From NCBI GenBank assembly GCA_049964795.1, contig JBMFWY010000001.1, positions 1 to 64,000 on the forward strand: DNA of 64,000 bases, written 5' to 3'. This DNA is from Candidatus Micrarchaeia archaeon (lineage in GTDB: Archaea > Micrarchaeota > Micrarchaeia > Micrarchaeales > Micrarchaeaceae). The translations under genes and the position numbers were made by a program. Positions 1 through 9,099 of the stretch are shown piece after piece. The first letter of the stretch is position 1. Every line of letters starts with the position of its first letter. The notes under the pieces are model-generated. The model saw nothing but the letters and a program-made list of their open reading frames with translations, had not been told where the DNA came from and ran no database searches.

Positions 1-213
1 TTCCAACTACAAGATCGTTGCAGTATGTCCCTGAAGAGAATGAGCAGGAAGAAGGAACTATAACGTGCGGCACTACCATATAAAGGTATAAAAGAGATGC
101 GATTATTGCAATTAAAAGCACTGCCCAACCATAGGTAAGCAAGTATTCCATTGCGCTTTGGCCGGATTCGTCTTCTATACTGATTTTTTTAGTGTTTGCA
201 GAGTTTTTCGCAT
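1..213 (-). CDS. Archaeal type IV pilin-like protein with class III signal peptide (partial, runs off window start)
   Basis: Not in the ORF track; manual translation from ATG at 213 gives MRKTLQTLKKISIEDESG|QSAMEYLLTYGWAVLLIAIIASLLYLY...CSFSSGTYC, with the G|QxxxE + YGWA hydrophobic helix typical of archaeal pilins. Confidence 0.8.
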
Positions 214-415
214 GGCGCACGGTAGAAGAGTGGCTGTGAGCTAAACCGCGCGTACGCCTTTTGCCAGCCATTTTACCCTATTACTAATTGCATAAATATG
301 TATTTAAAGATAATTGAAAAGAGCAATTTTGCAAGATTCGCCGCAGGGCAAGCTTTCTTGAGGCAAAGACTGCGGCAGGTGACAAATGTGCGCGCTGCAA
401 TAAGACACAAGAGCC

Positions 416-1624
416 TCAGAAGTTGCTTGCTGTAGACATTTCCTGCAAATACGAGCTTTCGGGCAGAGAAGAAGGAACAGATTCATAAGCTTCGCGCGAA
501 ACAAGCAGCGTTATTAGTGCCACAAAGCTGGAGATGGCTATCATGATCGCATAAAGCCGGGTTGTGTTAAGATACCCGTAACTGAAGACGAAGATGTCAA
601 ATGCAGCTATTCCAAATCCGATGGAAAACCATTTTTCAGAACGTGCAAAAATCAATATTCCTGCAACAAGGTTAAAAACAGAAAGTACGGTGCCTAATAT
701 TGTAATACCGTATGCGAAATTCATTTTCGCAAGAAAATCGAAAAAACCAAGGCCATTGGCGTATTTTACCACGTATGCGACTTGCGCATTTGCGAAATAG
801 ACAAAGAGCATGAAAGAGAGCACAAAAAAGGATGCGGATATGATGGAAAGGTTGTTGTATTTCACAGATGTCTCCCTTGAAGCTCCTGTAGACACTTTGT
901 CTATGTCCTCAAGGCAGTAGTAATTGTTGTTGTACTCTACTATATCTTCGTAGCAAAATGGCCTTGAGCAATAGTTGCATATCGCGTAAGCGGGCCTCCA
1001 AGGATGCCAGACGCAGGTTTGCCCTTTTGCTTCCTGCCTGCTTTGCTCCTCTGACCGTGAGATCTTTGTCTTCTTGGCAATCCCAGCTCCAGAAGTGCTG
1101 AATTCGTTATTTATTATCGATTCTATTTCTTCTTCGCTAGGCTGTATTGAAGCATAAATGCTTGAAAGTGTAGGCCCCTGCTCTTGCACGACAGTTGCAT
1201 TGCGCGGCGCCTGTGATAATTCTTCCTTTTTGGTAGACCTTTGCTGGCTTGAAAAAGAAGAAGCCGGAGTTTGGGAAGTATAAGCATTCGCTCCTGAAAG
1301 AGAAGAAGCTTGTGGCTGTTGCGCTGATTTTTGGGCTTGAAGGCCCTGGCTTTGCTTTGGCTGTTCCTGTGAAGGTGCGCTTTGGCTTGCTGGCCTTGCT
1401 TGATAAGAGGATATTGAAGGCTTAGGCTGTGCTATCTTGGGAGGTTGCGGCGCAGGCTTTTGAGAAGCTGGAGCCTGAGGCTTGGGCTTCTCTTGCTGCG
1501 GAGGTGCTTCCCTCTCCTTTACTGGAGGAGCCGAAACTGTGCTTGCTGCTTTAGGCTTGGCTGCCTTTTTCTCCTTTTCGTTCCTTTCGCTGAATATCAG
1601 CAGGTCATCCGGATTTAAAGCCAT
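416..1624 (-). CDS. Membrane protein: Pro/Gln/Ser-rich disordered N-terminus, B-box-like zinc finger, about 4 C-terminal TM helices
   Basis: CVWHPWRPAYAICNYCSRPFCYED...YCLED motif followed by hydrophobic segments; start overlaps the rps26e stop (TAATG). Confidence 0.7.
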   Translation of the reverse strand: MALNPDDLLIFSERNEKEKKAAKPKAASTVSAPPVKEREAPPQQEKPKPQAPASQKPAPQPPKIAQPKPSISSYQARPASQSAPSQEQPKQSQGLQAQKSAQQPQASSLSGANAYTSQTPASSFSSQQRSTKKEELSQAPRNATVVQEQGPTLSSIYASIQPSEEEIESIINNEFSTSGAGIAKKTKISRSEEQSRQEAKGQTCVWHPWRPAYAICNYCSRPFCYEDIVEYNNNYYCLEDIDKVSTGASRETSVKYNNLSIISASFFVLSFMLFVYFANAQVAYVVKYANGLGFFDFLAKMNFAYGITILGTVLSVFNLVAGILIFARSEKWFSIGFGIAAFDIFVFSYGYLNTTRLYAIMIAISSFVALITLLVSREAYESVPSSLPESSYLQEMSTASNF

Positions 1625-1857
1625 TATACCAGCTTCTCTTTGCGCTCGGCTGCCATGCGCTTTTTCTTCTCAAATATCCCCCTGTGCTTTGCACAGCTTA
1701 TGCAGTAATAAACCTTCTGCTTTTCAAAAAACCTTATGTCATTTGTAGTGTGCATGTCGGTGCTGAAGCTTACCCCCCTTTCGAACACTACTGCCTTGTT
1801 CCTTGGGATTTTTCTTCCGCATGAAGCACATACTACTATTGTAGATCTTCCTCGCAA
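1624..1857 (-). CDS. rps26e: 30S ribosomal protein eS26 (S26e)
   Basis: RGR...CASCGRKIPRNKAV...YYCISCAKHRGI zinc-binding signature; TTG start preceded by GAGGTG. Confidence 0.9.
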   Translation of the reverse strand: MRGRSTIVVCASCGRKIPRNKAVVFERGVSFSTDMHTTNDIRFFEKQKVYYCISCAKHRGIFEKKKRMAAERKEKLV

Positions 1858-1979
1858 ATTAACACCTCATTTATTTAAGTATAAAAAGATTAAAAAGAGT
1901 TGGTTTGCATTATCTAATAGCAAATAGCCAAGGCAGGAATATAAAATTAGGCCAAAATGCCTAAACAAGTGGTAATAAA

Positions 1980-2591
1980 ATGAAGGTTTATATAGACAGC
2001 GAGGATAAGGAGCTGGGGATTGCCGTTGCAAATCTGTTGAATAGAAGGCAGAATATGAACGCAATAATAGCCGAAACTGAGATAGAAAGCTACGAGGACT
2101 TAGTGCAAGAGGCAAAAGACAATGCGAATAGAGGGTTTGACTATGTGCTTGTATTGTCTAGCGATCCGTACAAAGCAGGCATAGACATAAACAAGTCCAA
2201 CTATGCAAGGGCGGTAGCGTGCAGGACAAGGACAGACGTAGATGCAGCATGCAAAGCCGCAAACGCAAATGTGATAGTTCTTGATTCTACAAAGGGCAGG
2301 GCGCAAATAGCCGAGCTTGTTGAAGAGTTTTCTGATGTTTCATTCGGAGGCACAGGCAATGAAGGGGCCAAGGAAGCCAGCGAGGAAGAAGAAAAAGAGA
2401 ATCAAGTCAAAAATGCAGTGAAAAACATACTGGGCTCTTTCGGCAAAGCTTCATACAAGGAAAGGAACAATGCTGCGACAAAGAAAAAACAGAGTAAGAA
2501 GAAAGATATTGAAGAAGAGGAAGAAGAGCCAGGACCTGAAGGCAAAAAAGGCTTTTTTGGAAGTATAAAAAATGCCTTGGGAATTGAATAA
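1980..2591 (+). CDS. RpiB/LacAB-fold protein, catalytically degenerate, with charged tail
   Basis: GIDINKSNYARAVACRT...ANANVIVL resembles the RpiB ANK..RAA.C...NANVL pattern, but the CGTG catalytic motif is replaced by SSDP. Confidence 0.55.
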   Translation: MKVYIDSEDKELGIAVANLLNRRQNMNAIIAETEIESYEDLVQEAKDNANRGFDYVLVLSSDPYKAGIDINKSNYARAVACRTRTDVDAACKAANANVIVLDSTKGRAQIAELVEEFSDVSFGGTGNEGAKEASEEEEKENQVKNAVKNILGSFGKASYKERNNAATKKKQSKKKDIEEEEEEPGPEGKKGFFGSIKNALGIE

Positions 2592-2634
2592 AGGCAATGG
2601 TGTGGAATCCGACTCAAGCGTCAAGCGTATGCCT

Positions 2635-3282
2635 TTATCTTTTTGAGCTTCTTTGTGGCCTGTTCTTAAACGAGAGGATTTCTGTGCCTGCATTTTCTAT
2701 TTGTATTCTTGCAACATCCTGCTTCTTTCTAAATCCTTGGAGAACAGCTTCGGCAAAACGTATTGGACGAGTAGTGTCGTATATTGTCCGCATAGCGTTA
2801 AAATAATAATCAGCCTTTGATACGTTGCCTTTCCTAAGCTCCTCAAGTATCTCGCGCTTCAGCTCCCCTACGCAATCCATAAGCCCAAGAAGGTAAGCTT
2901 CGCGTTCCACACCTATTTCCTTTGCAGAAGGTATCTTTCCTTTGATCTTTATGCTGTAAAAAGCGTGCGCTTCGGCAAATTCCTGCTGCGCTTGCAGCGA
3001 GTAGTAGGAGAATCTTGGGTCTTTGAACGCTTTCGAGGATACCAGCTCGGCGATCTTGGCAAGCGCTTGCCTTGATTCCTTCTCCATGCCGTTATGAAGA
3101 TGGGTGATTGCTTGGGCAGACGCCCTTATTATCTCCCTGCTCAAGTCTGATACCTTGTCAAAAGCTTCTTGCTTGGATTTGAGGTATTCCGCGATTTCGG
3201 AAACTTCTAGCGCAAGGCATGAGTCATCTGCAAATTTTTTGGATTTTTTAAGATTTCCAACCACAAAAACACCATGTGCCAA
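2635..3282 (-). CDS. Translin/TRAX (C3PO) family protein
   Basis: QQEFAEA, AYLLGLMDCVGELKR and FRKKQDVARIQIE motifs; start uncertain (GTG at 3264 plausible). Confidence 0.85.
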   Translation of the reverse strand: MAHGVFVVGNLKKSKKFADDSCLALEVSEIAEYLKSKQEAFDKVSDLSREIIRASAQAITHLHNGMEKESRQALAKIAELVSSKAFKDPRFSYYSLQAQQEFAEAHAFYSIKIKGKIPSAKEIGVEREAYLLGLMDCVGELKREILEELRKGNVSKADYYFNAMRTIYDTTRPIRFAEAVLQGFRKKQDVARIQIENAGTEILSFKNRPQRSSKR

Positions 3283-3287
3283 AGCTG

Positions 3288-4169
3288 TTATCTTAGATAA
3301 TGCATGCCATGCCAGTAAATATACTGCTGCGCATAGCCTGCTAGACCATTCCAGCGTTCTTTGGCGAACTCGTGTATTTCTTTTATTGTCTTCTTCTTAT
3401 TAAAATATATGTTTTCAACGGTCCTTTTTATCCATGTGTCTATAGGAAACGCCTCGAGCTTGCCGTAGCCCATGAGGGCTATGCAGTCTGCAACCTTGTC
3501 TCCTACTCCGCTCATCTCAAGAAGCGATTCTTTAAGGTCTTCGTATCTTTTCCCCTCTAGCTTGTGCAGATCTATGTTATTAGAGCAGTAATCCGCAGAA
3601 GCTTTTATGTACTTGGAACGGAAGCCGGCGCCACATTTCCAGATGTCTTCGATCGAAGCGCTAGCGAGTGTCTGGGGCTCTGGAAAACTTTTGCCTATTA
3701 TCCTGCCATCGTAAACTATTTCGCTTCCAAAACGCTCTATAAGCTTTTTTATTATTAGGCGTATGCGCTTTATGTTGTTAAACTGCGAAACGATAAATGA
3801 TAGAGTAGTTACCCAAGGGTCATCAAGGGTAAGACGCATGCCATGGTAGCGACTTATAGCTTCCTCGATGAATTTATCTGAGGATATCATGCGGTAGATT
3901 TCTGGCATGTTGTCTTTAAGCCTGAAAAGCTTTTTTGCTTCTGCAATGCCGAATTTTGTTTCGCCGCGCACGCTTGCTATGCGGAAAACGCCTTTGTGCG
4001 AATCCCCTTTAAAACCCATGGAGACTATGCTCCTGCCAAATGGAAAGGTTATCTCTTCGCCAGAAAAATCCGCATAGAAGGAGACAGGTTGCGCACTCTC
4101 AAAAGTATATTTAAGGCTGAAATTCTTTGTTTCCAAAGACGGCAACAACTCCACTTTATTACCTTTCAC
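3288..4169 (-). CDS. 8-oxoguanine DNA glycosylase, OGG1-like HhH-GPD family
   Basis: SFIVSQFNNIKRI, GAGFRSKY, GVGDKVADCIAL (HhH Lys), FPIDTW, AGYAQQY. Confidence 0.9.
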   Translation of the reverse strand: MKGNKVELLPSLETKNFSLKYTFESAQPVSFYADFSGEEITFPFGRSIVSMGFKGDSHKGVFRIASVRGETKFGIAEAKKLFRLKDNMPEIYRMISSDKFIEEAISRYHGMRLTLDDPWVTTLSFIVSQFNNIKRIRLIIKKLIERFGSEIVYDGRIIGKSFPEPQTLASASIEDIWKCGAGFRSKYIKASADYCSNNIDLHKLEGKRYEDLKESLLEMSGVGDKVADCIALMGYGKLEAFPIDTWIKRTVENIYFNKKKTIKEIHEFAKERWNGLAGYAQQYIYWHGMHYLR

Positions 4170-4211
4170 GCTTGCCCAGATTGCTGAATATCAATACGCA
4201 TTGAATAGGGG

Positions 4212-5690
4212 TTACCGCAGATCGCTTATGCGTACCCTTTCCTGCTTTGTGGTGATAATATCCCTTTCCGTTACGGTATCATCTTCCAATGTTGTATAGT
4301 CTATAGTAAGCGCTTTGTTTATTCCTATCTCGTCGGAGCGCGCATATCTTTTGCCTATGCTGCCCGAAGTGCTGTAGAATACAGATTTGCCCATTTCTAC
4401 AAGCGCGTCCCTAACTTGCAATGCTTTGCCAATCAGCTTGTCATCTTTCTGCAATGGAAAGACTGCATAGTCATACGGCGAGGTAATGCTGTTAAGCTTG
4501 AGCACTTCCCACCCCCGCTCGTCCTTGTAAATCGAATTTGCGATAAGTGCAAAAAACAGTCTATCCAAACCAATACTAAGCTCTACTACATGCGGCAGTA
4601 GCTTCTTGGTGCCATCTACTACGTGCAAATCTTCTTTTGAAAGAAGCTCGTGATTCCTGAGATCGTAATCAGTTCTGTATGCAAGCCCTGATGCCTCTTC
4701 ATATTTTTCCCCGATTTTTATTTCCATGTCGACATTGCCCTTTGAATAATGGGGTAGCTCCTCTTTGCTTATCTGCCTGAACCGGAAGACGCTCTCTTCA
4801 AACCCAAGGCTTAGCATGAATTTTTTCTCCGAGTAAAGCAGGTATGCAAAAAGCTTATTAGGCACATCGCCTCTTGCAAGCAGCTCCGCGAGCTTTACTG
4901 CTTTTGCCTCTTCGCCTTCTGAAGCGCCCACGAAATTTATTGTTTCTTCGAATAGCGAGTCGCCTATTGGAATGCCGTTTATTTCAAGCTCAGCTTTTTC
5001 AGGATCAAAAAAGTATTCAAGCTCCATCTGAGAAAACTCGCGCATCCTTATTAGGAGGTTCCTCGGCGAGATCTCGTTTCTGAAAGCCTTCCCTGACTGA
5101 GCTATCCCTATTGGAAGCTTTAGCCCATAAATGCGGTAGAGGTTCTTGAAATCCAGGAATATGCCTTGCGCAGTCTCGGGCCTGAGATAGCCCTCTATGC
5201 CGCCCAAAGGACCTATCTTTGTTGCAAGCATCAAATTGAACACTTCGACCCCTTCCAGCTTTGCGCCGCACCTTTCGCAATGGACATCGGCGCTTTTAAG
5301 CATCTCCCTTAGCTCGTCTATCGTGCTATGCTTCAGCTTCCCCAAAGAAGTGCTATCGCCCTTCTTTTCGTAATATGCTTCCAGCACCTTGTCTGTCCTG
5401 TGGCTGTATCCGCACTTTGAGCATACGGTAAGCGGGTCGGAGAAAGTCTTCAAGTGCCCGCTTGCCTCAAACACAGGCTTAGGCGAAACTATAGATGTTT
5501 CAATTTCAAGGTTCCCCATTTTCTCGACAAACGTCATGCGCCATGCTGCCTCAAGCTTTTTCTTTATTCTTAAGCCTATAGGACCATAATCGTAGAAGCC
5601 ACCTATTTCACCGTAGATTTGAGCTGAAGGCACAACTATGCCCCTGCGCACGATAAGGTTTATCGCATATTCAAGATTCTCTTTTTCCAT
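4212..5690 (-). CDS. glyS: Glycine--tRNA ligase (archaeal/eukaryal alpha2 type)
   Basis: YDYGPIG, YLRPETAQGIF, FRNEISPR..L.RMREFSQMELE, GSIGKRYAR.DEIG; start taken at MEKENL. Confidence 0.95.
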   Translation of the reverse strand: MEKENLEYAINLIVRRGIVVPSAQIYGEIGGFYDYGPIGLRIKKKLEAAWRMTFVEKMGNLEIETSIVSPKPVFEASGHLKTFSDPLTVCSKCGYSHRTDKVLEAYYEKKGDSTSLGKLKHSTIDELREMLKSADVHCERCGAKLEGVEVFNLMLATKIGPLGGIEGYLRPETAQGIFLDFKNLYRIYGLKLPIGIAQSGKAFRNEISPRNLLIRMREFSQMELEYFFDPEKAELEINGIPIGDSLFEETINFVGASEGEEAKAVKLAELLARGDVPNKLFAYLLYSEKKFMLSLGFEESVFRFRQISKEELPHYSKGNVDMEIKIGEKYEEASGLAYRTDYDLRNHELLSKEDLHVVDGTKKLLPHVVELSIGLDRLFFALIANSIYKDERGWEVLKLNSITSPYDYAVFPLQKDDKLIGKALQVRDALVEMGKSVFYSTSGSIGKRYARSDEIGINKALTIDYTTLEDDTVTERDIITTKQERVRISDLR

Positions 5691-5890
5691 GTAAATCAAG
5701 TTAGGTGATGCATTCTGCATTGCACCATATGGCAAATAGCTAGGGCCTTGCCAATGCCGTCTTTTAGCAATGGCAAAGCAGCCAGTTGCCGCACGTTGAG
5801 TTTACCATGGAAAATATATAAAAAGATGGCGCAAGCGAGGGCTGCACCAAAGCTGCAAGGCGATGACGTTTTCACAAATAGCGCGCGAGC

Positions 5891-6196
5891 TTAGGCATAG
5901 GGCTTTACAAGATCTCCTATTACCGGAATCTCTATGTCATTGCCTTTACCTGCTTCATAACCTATATACAACCCGTATATCCAAAGCAGGAAGCTTATTA
6001 TTTTCACAAATGGCACAAACCCTATTATTACTATAATTATGCCGAGCACAAGGGCTTGCAGTCCATGAAACTTCATGCTTTTATCATCTTTTGCAAGCAA
6101 AACCGCTATCAACCCCCCAAGCCATGTAAAAAAGTATATGGCAAGGTACAATACTAAATTCCTGTTCCCGGAACTTTTTTTGTTGACCATGAACAA
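5891..6196 (-). CDS. DUF4870-like small membrane protein
   Basis: KFHGLQAL, three TM segments, C-terminal IPVIG. Confidence 0.75.
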   Translation of the reverse strand: MFMVNKKSSGNRNLVLYLAIYFFTWLGGLIAVLLAKDDKSMKFHGLQALVLGIIIVIIGFVPFVKIISFLLWIYGLYIGYEAGKGNDIEIPVIGDLVKPYA

Positions 6197-6303
6197 ACCT
6201 ATTGCGGCAAAGCCTTTATTCTTTCACCGCAAGCTAAACGATATCAGTAATAAAGAATTATAAACCTTCTTGATATTGGATTTTTGAAAGCGTGCGAAGC
6301 ACT

Positions 6304-8697
6304 TTATCGTATATTCAATCTCTTGAAAAAGTAGATCTTGAAAAAGTCCAAGCAGGATGCGAAAACTATGCTTACTATTAGGAGGAGCGTTATGGAATAG
6401 GCACTTATAGGATATACCATTATACCATAATAAGCTATTACAATTCCAAAGATTATGCCTGCCGCGGAAGCCAGAAGGAGAGGTATGCTTGGCATATTCT
6501 TCCACATGCTGCCTTTTGTCCTTACATTGAATATGTAGAACTTGTCCGTAACATCGAACATCAGGAAGATCAGCGTTTGAAATCCAAGCATACTCAAGGC
6601 AAGGTAGCGCGAGATTGGCACAAAGGCAAGAGAAAATAGGAGCAGGAAAGAGCCAAGGATTAGTGAAGTTTCGGTTATGCGCTTTGTATTCCATGCATCT
6701 GGAGAATTGGAATAGCTGGCATTGTCCGTGGATATTGAAATATTTACGATATCGTTCGTGAAGATCAGCAGAATCAATTCGAAAGGCCTTATTGCTATCA
6801 CGCGAAAAACAAGAAGCATTATTGCAAGGAAAAACACTATTTGCACTATTTTTCCCACTTTTGCAAGGGTATATGTCATCATCCTTTCAAAGATCCTGCG
6901 GCTTTCTTTTACTGCGTCAACTAGCACTTCTATGCCGTCTTTTACTAATACAAGATCCGCAACGCTCTTTGCCACGTCTGTGGCGTTGCTTACTGCTATG
7001 CCCACTTCCGCCTGCTTAAGCGCTGGTGAATCGTTTACTCCATCGCCTGTCATCGCCACCCTGTAGCCTTTTTTCTGCAGCGCTTGCACTATCTTGTATT
7101 TGTCTTCGGGAAAGATTCCGGCAAAGCCGTCAGCCTTTTCAACTATATCCTCAAAATTTTCATTGTCTTCCCTCAGATCGCTAAAATCCACTATGTTGCT
7201 TCCTATGCCGACTTCCTTTGCTATCTCTTTCGCTATGAATATGTTGTCGCCCGTAAGCATCTTTGTCTTTACGCCGAGCGAACGCAGCTCTTTTATCAAC
7301 GACTTGGCGTCTTTTCTCGGCTCGTCGCGCAGCGCTATCGCTCCGAGCACTTCCGTCCTATTGCCAATTTTCCGTGAAACTACAATAGTCCTGAATTTGC
7401 TTATGGAAAATTCGTTGGTTTTTTTCTTCAGCTGCTGCACTTCTTTGCTTTTTTCGCTCTGGTTGCTGATTATCTTTTCCAGAGCGCCTTTTGCAACCTC
7501 GATGCTTTTGCCGTTTGCATAAACCAACGCGCTTGACATCTTGGTCTTTGGCTGAAAGGGAGTAAACTTTAGGACTTTGAATTCTTTGAAGCTAATGCCG
7601 TGGCTTGCAGCATAGTCTATTACAGCGCTGTCTATTGGATCCTTGTCTTCTATTCTTGATGCAAGGCCCGCGGCTTCTATCACTTCTTTTTGGCTGTGAT
7701 TGCCCACAGCATAAACATCTGCTACGCTCAGCCTGTTTTCGGTTATTGTACCTGTTTTGTCAAAGCAGACGACGTTTACGGATGAGGTCTCCTCTATCGC
7801 ATCAAGTTTTGTTACAAGAATAGACTTCTTTGCAAGCTTCTCCGTTCCAAGAGCCATTGACACAGTAAACGCGGCTGGAAGAGCCACAGGAATCGAAGCG
7901 ATGAGGAGGTTAAGGGAAAAAAGCACTATTGTAGCTGCGGCGCTGTGCATTATGTATATCCCAAAGATTACCATTACGGCTACAAGAACTAGGTCTATAA
8001 GTATCAGATACTTCAGCAAGCCTAGAATCATGCGCTCGAGATGCAATTGAGGTCTGGCTTCCTGCACAAGCTTTACGGTATGCCCATAGTATGTGTTTGT
8101 GCCTATTGCAGATACAGCACATACTGCCTCCCCTTCCACGATTGTTGAGCCAGAATAAACCACACTGCCCGTATCTTTTTTGGAAGGCATTGATTCTCCC
8201 GTAAGCACTGACTGATCTACCTTCAAGTCCGATTCCGAAATCACCACCGCATCGGCAGGCACTATATCCCCAAGCCGGATGCGTATTATGTCTCCCGTTA
8301 CCAGCTCCCTCGCGGGCTTGAGCTTCCATTCACCGGAACGCAAAACCCTCGCAGTTACAGTTATCCTTTTCTTGAGCAACTCGATAGAATTGTCCGCCTT
8401 GTATTCCTCAAAAAATCCAGTTATCGCGTTGAAAAGCAATAGGGCAATGATTATATACATATCAGCATAATGCCGTAGGAAATAAGTCATTACCACTACT
8501 AGCTCTAGCATTACAGGTATGGGGCCATAAAACTTTTTCAGGAACTTTACGGCCTGGCTTTCCTTATGCTCGCTAATCTCGTTGTAGCCTTTTTCCGCAA
8601 GCCGGGAAGCTGCTTCTTCTTCACTGAGGCCCTTGACACTGCTGCCCAAGTCCTTTAAGACTTTTTGCAAATTTTTTTTAGTTTTAGAATCTTCCAT
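6304..8697 (-). CDS. Plasma-membrane proton-efflux P-type ATPase (P3A)
   Basis: TGES, IPVALPA, DKTGT, TGDN, GDGVNDSPALK and FTND motifs. Confidence 0.92.
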   Translation of the reverse strand: MEDSKTKKNLQKVLKDLGSSVKGLSEEEAASRLAEKGYNEISEHKESQAVKFLKKFYGPIPVMLELVVVMTYFLRHYADMYIIIALLLFNAITGFFEEYKADNSIELLKKRITVTARVLRSGEWKLKPARELVTGDIIRIRLGDIVPADAVVISESDLKVDQSVLTGESMPSKKDTGSVVYSGSTIVEGEAVCAVSAIGTNTYYGHTVKLVQEARPQLHLERMILGLLKYLILIDLVLVAVMVIFGIYIMHSAAATIVLFSLNLLIASIPVALPAAFTVSMALGTEKLAKKSILVTKLDAIEETSSVNVVCFDKTGTITENRLSVADVYAVGNHSQKEVIEAAGLASRIEDKDPIDSAVIDYAASHGISFKEFKVLKFTPFQPKTKMSSALVYANGKSIEVAKGALEKIISNQSEKSKEVQQLKKKTNEFSISKFRTIVVSRKIGNRTEVLGAIALRDEPRKDAKSLIKELRSLGVKTKMLTGDNIFIAKEIAKEVGIGSNIVDFSDLREDNENFEDIVEKADGFAGIFPEDKYKIVQALQKKGYRVAMTGDGVNDSPALKQAEVGIAVSNATDVAKSVADLVLVKDGIEVLVDAVKESRRIFERMMTYTLAKVGKIVQIVFFLAIMLLVFRVIAIRPFELILLIFTNDIVNISISTDNASYSNSPDAWNTKRITETSLILGSFLLLFSLAFVPISRYLALSMLGFQTLIFLMFDVTDKFYIFNVRTKGSMWKNMPSIPLLLASAAGIIFGIVIAYYGIMVYPISAYSITLLLIVSIVFASCLDFFKIYFFKRLNIR

Positions 8698-9099
8698 GTT
8701 CTGCCTGCCTATCAGCTTACTTTAACTTATGCTATGTACGCATTTGCATTGGTGCCAATGCTCTTTTAGGTAGCCATGTGGTCCGCACAAGGCACCTCCT
8801 GTACACGCTGCCATGCTTTTTCTTTTCCAACTACATTTTATATTATTGGCATAAATATCTGCGCCTCTTTCTTGGAATAGTAGCCTGCCAAGTGCGCGCT
8901 CTTCGGCTCTATTCCTATGCGCACGGCAAGCTGCTTTTTATCTTCTGCTTTGCAAAACAGGGCAACCTAAAAATGCGCTTTGCATGTAGCAGACAGCAGC
9001 TAAGCATAATAAAGCCGCGACGATACCAGCGGACATCAACTTATTATAGTTTATTTTGCAAAAGGTAAGCGGCGATGCAAGAAAGCAAGAGGTGTAAAA

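Noticed and set aside
1250-1580. Repetitive-looking GCTT/GGCT-rich DNA
   Set aside because: Reflects Pro/Gln/Ala/Lys codons of a low-complexity protein region, not a DNA repeat array
6304-8697. Possible heavy-metal P1B ATPase given the upstream Cys/His peptide
   Set aside because: It has IPVALP rather than CPC/CPH and no metal-binding domain; it is a P3A proton pump
8778-9068. 96-aa plus-strand ORF in the gap before the NUDIX gene, and the many antisense ORFs in the track
   Set aside because: No recognisable motifs and atypical composition; the antisense ORFs are shadows of well-supported genes
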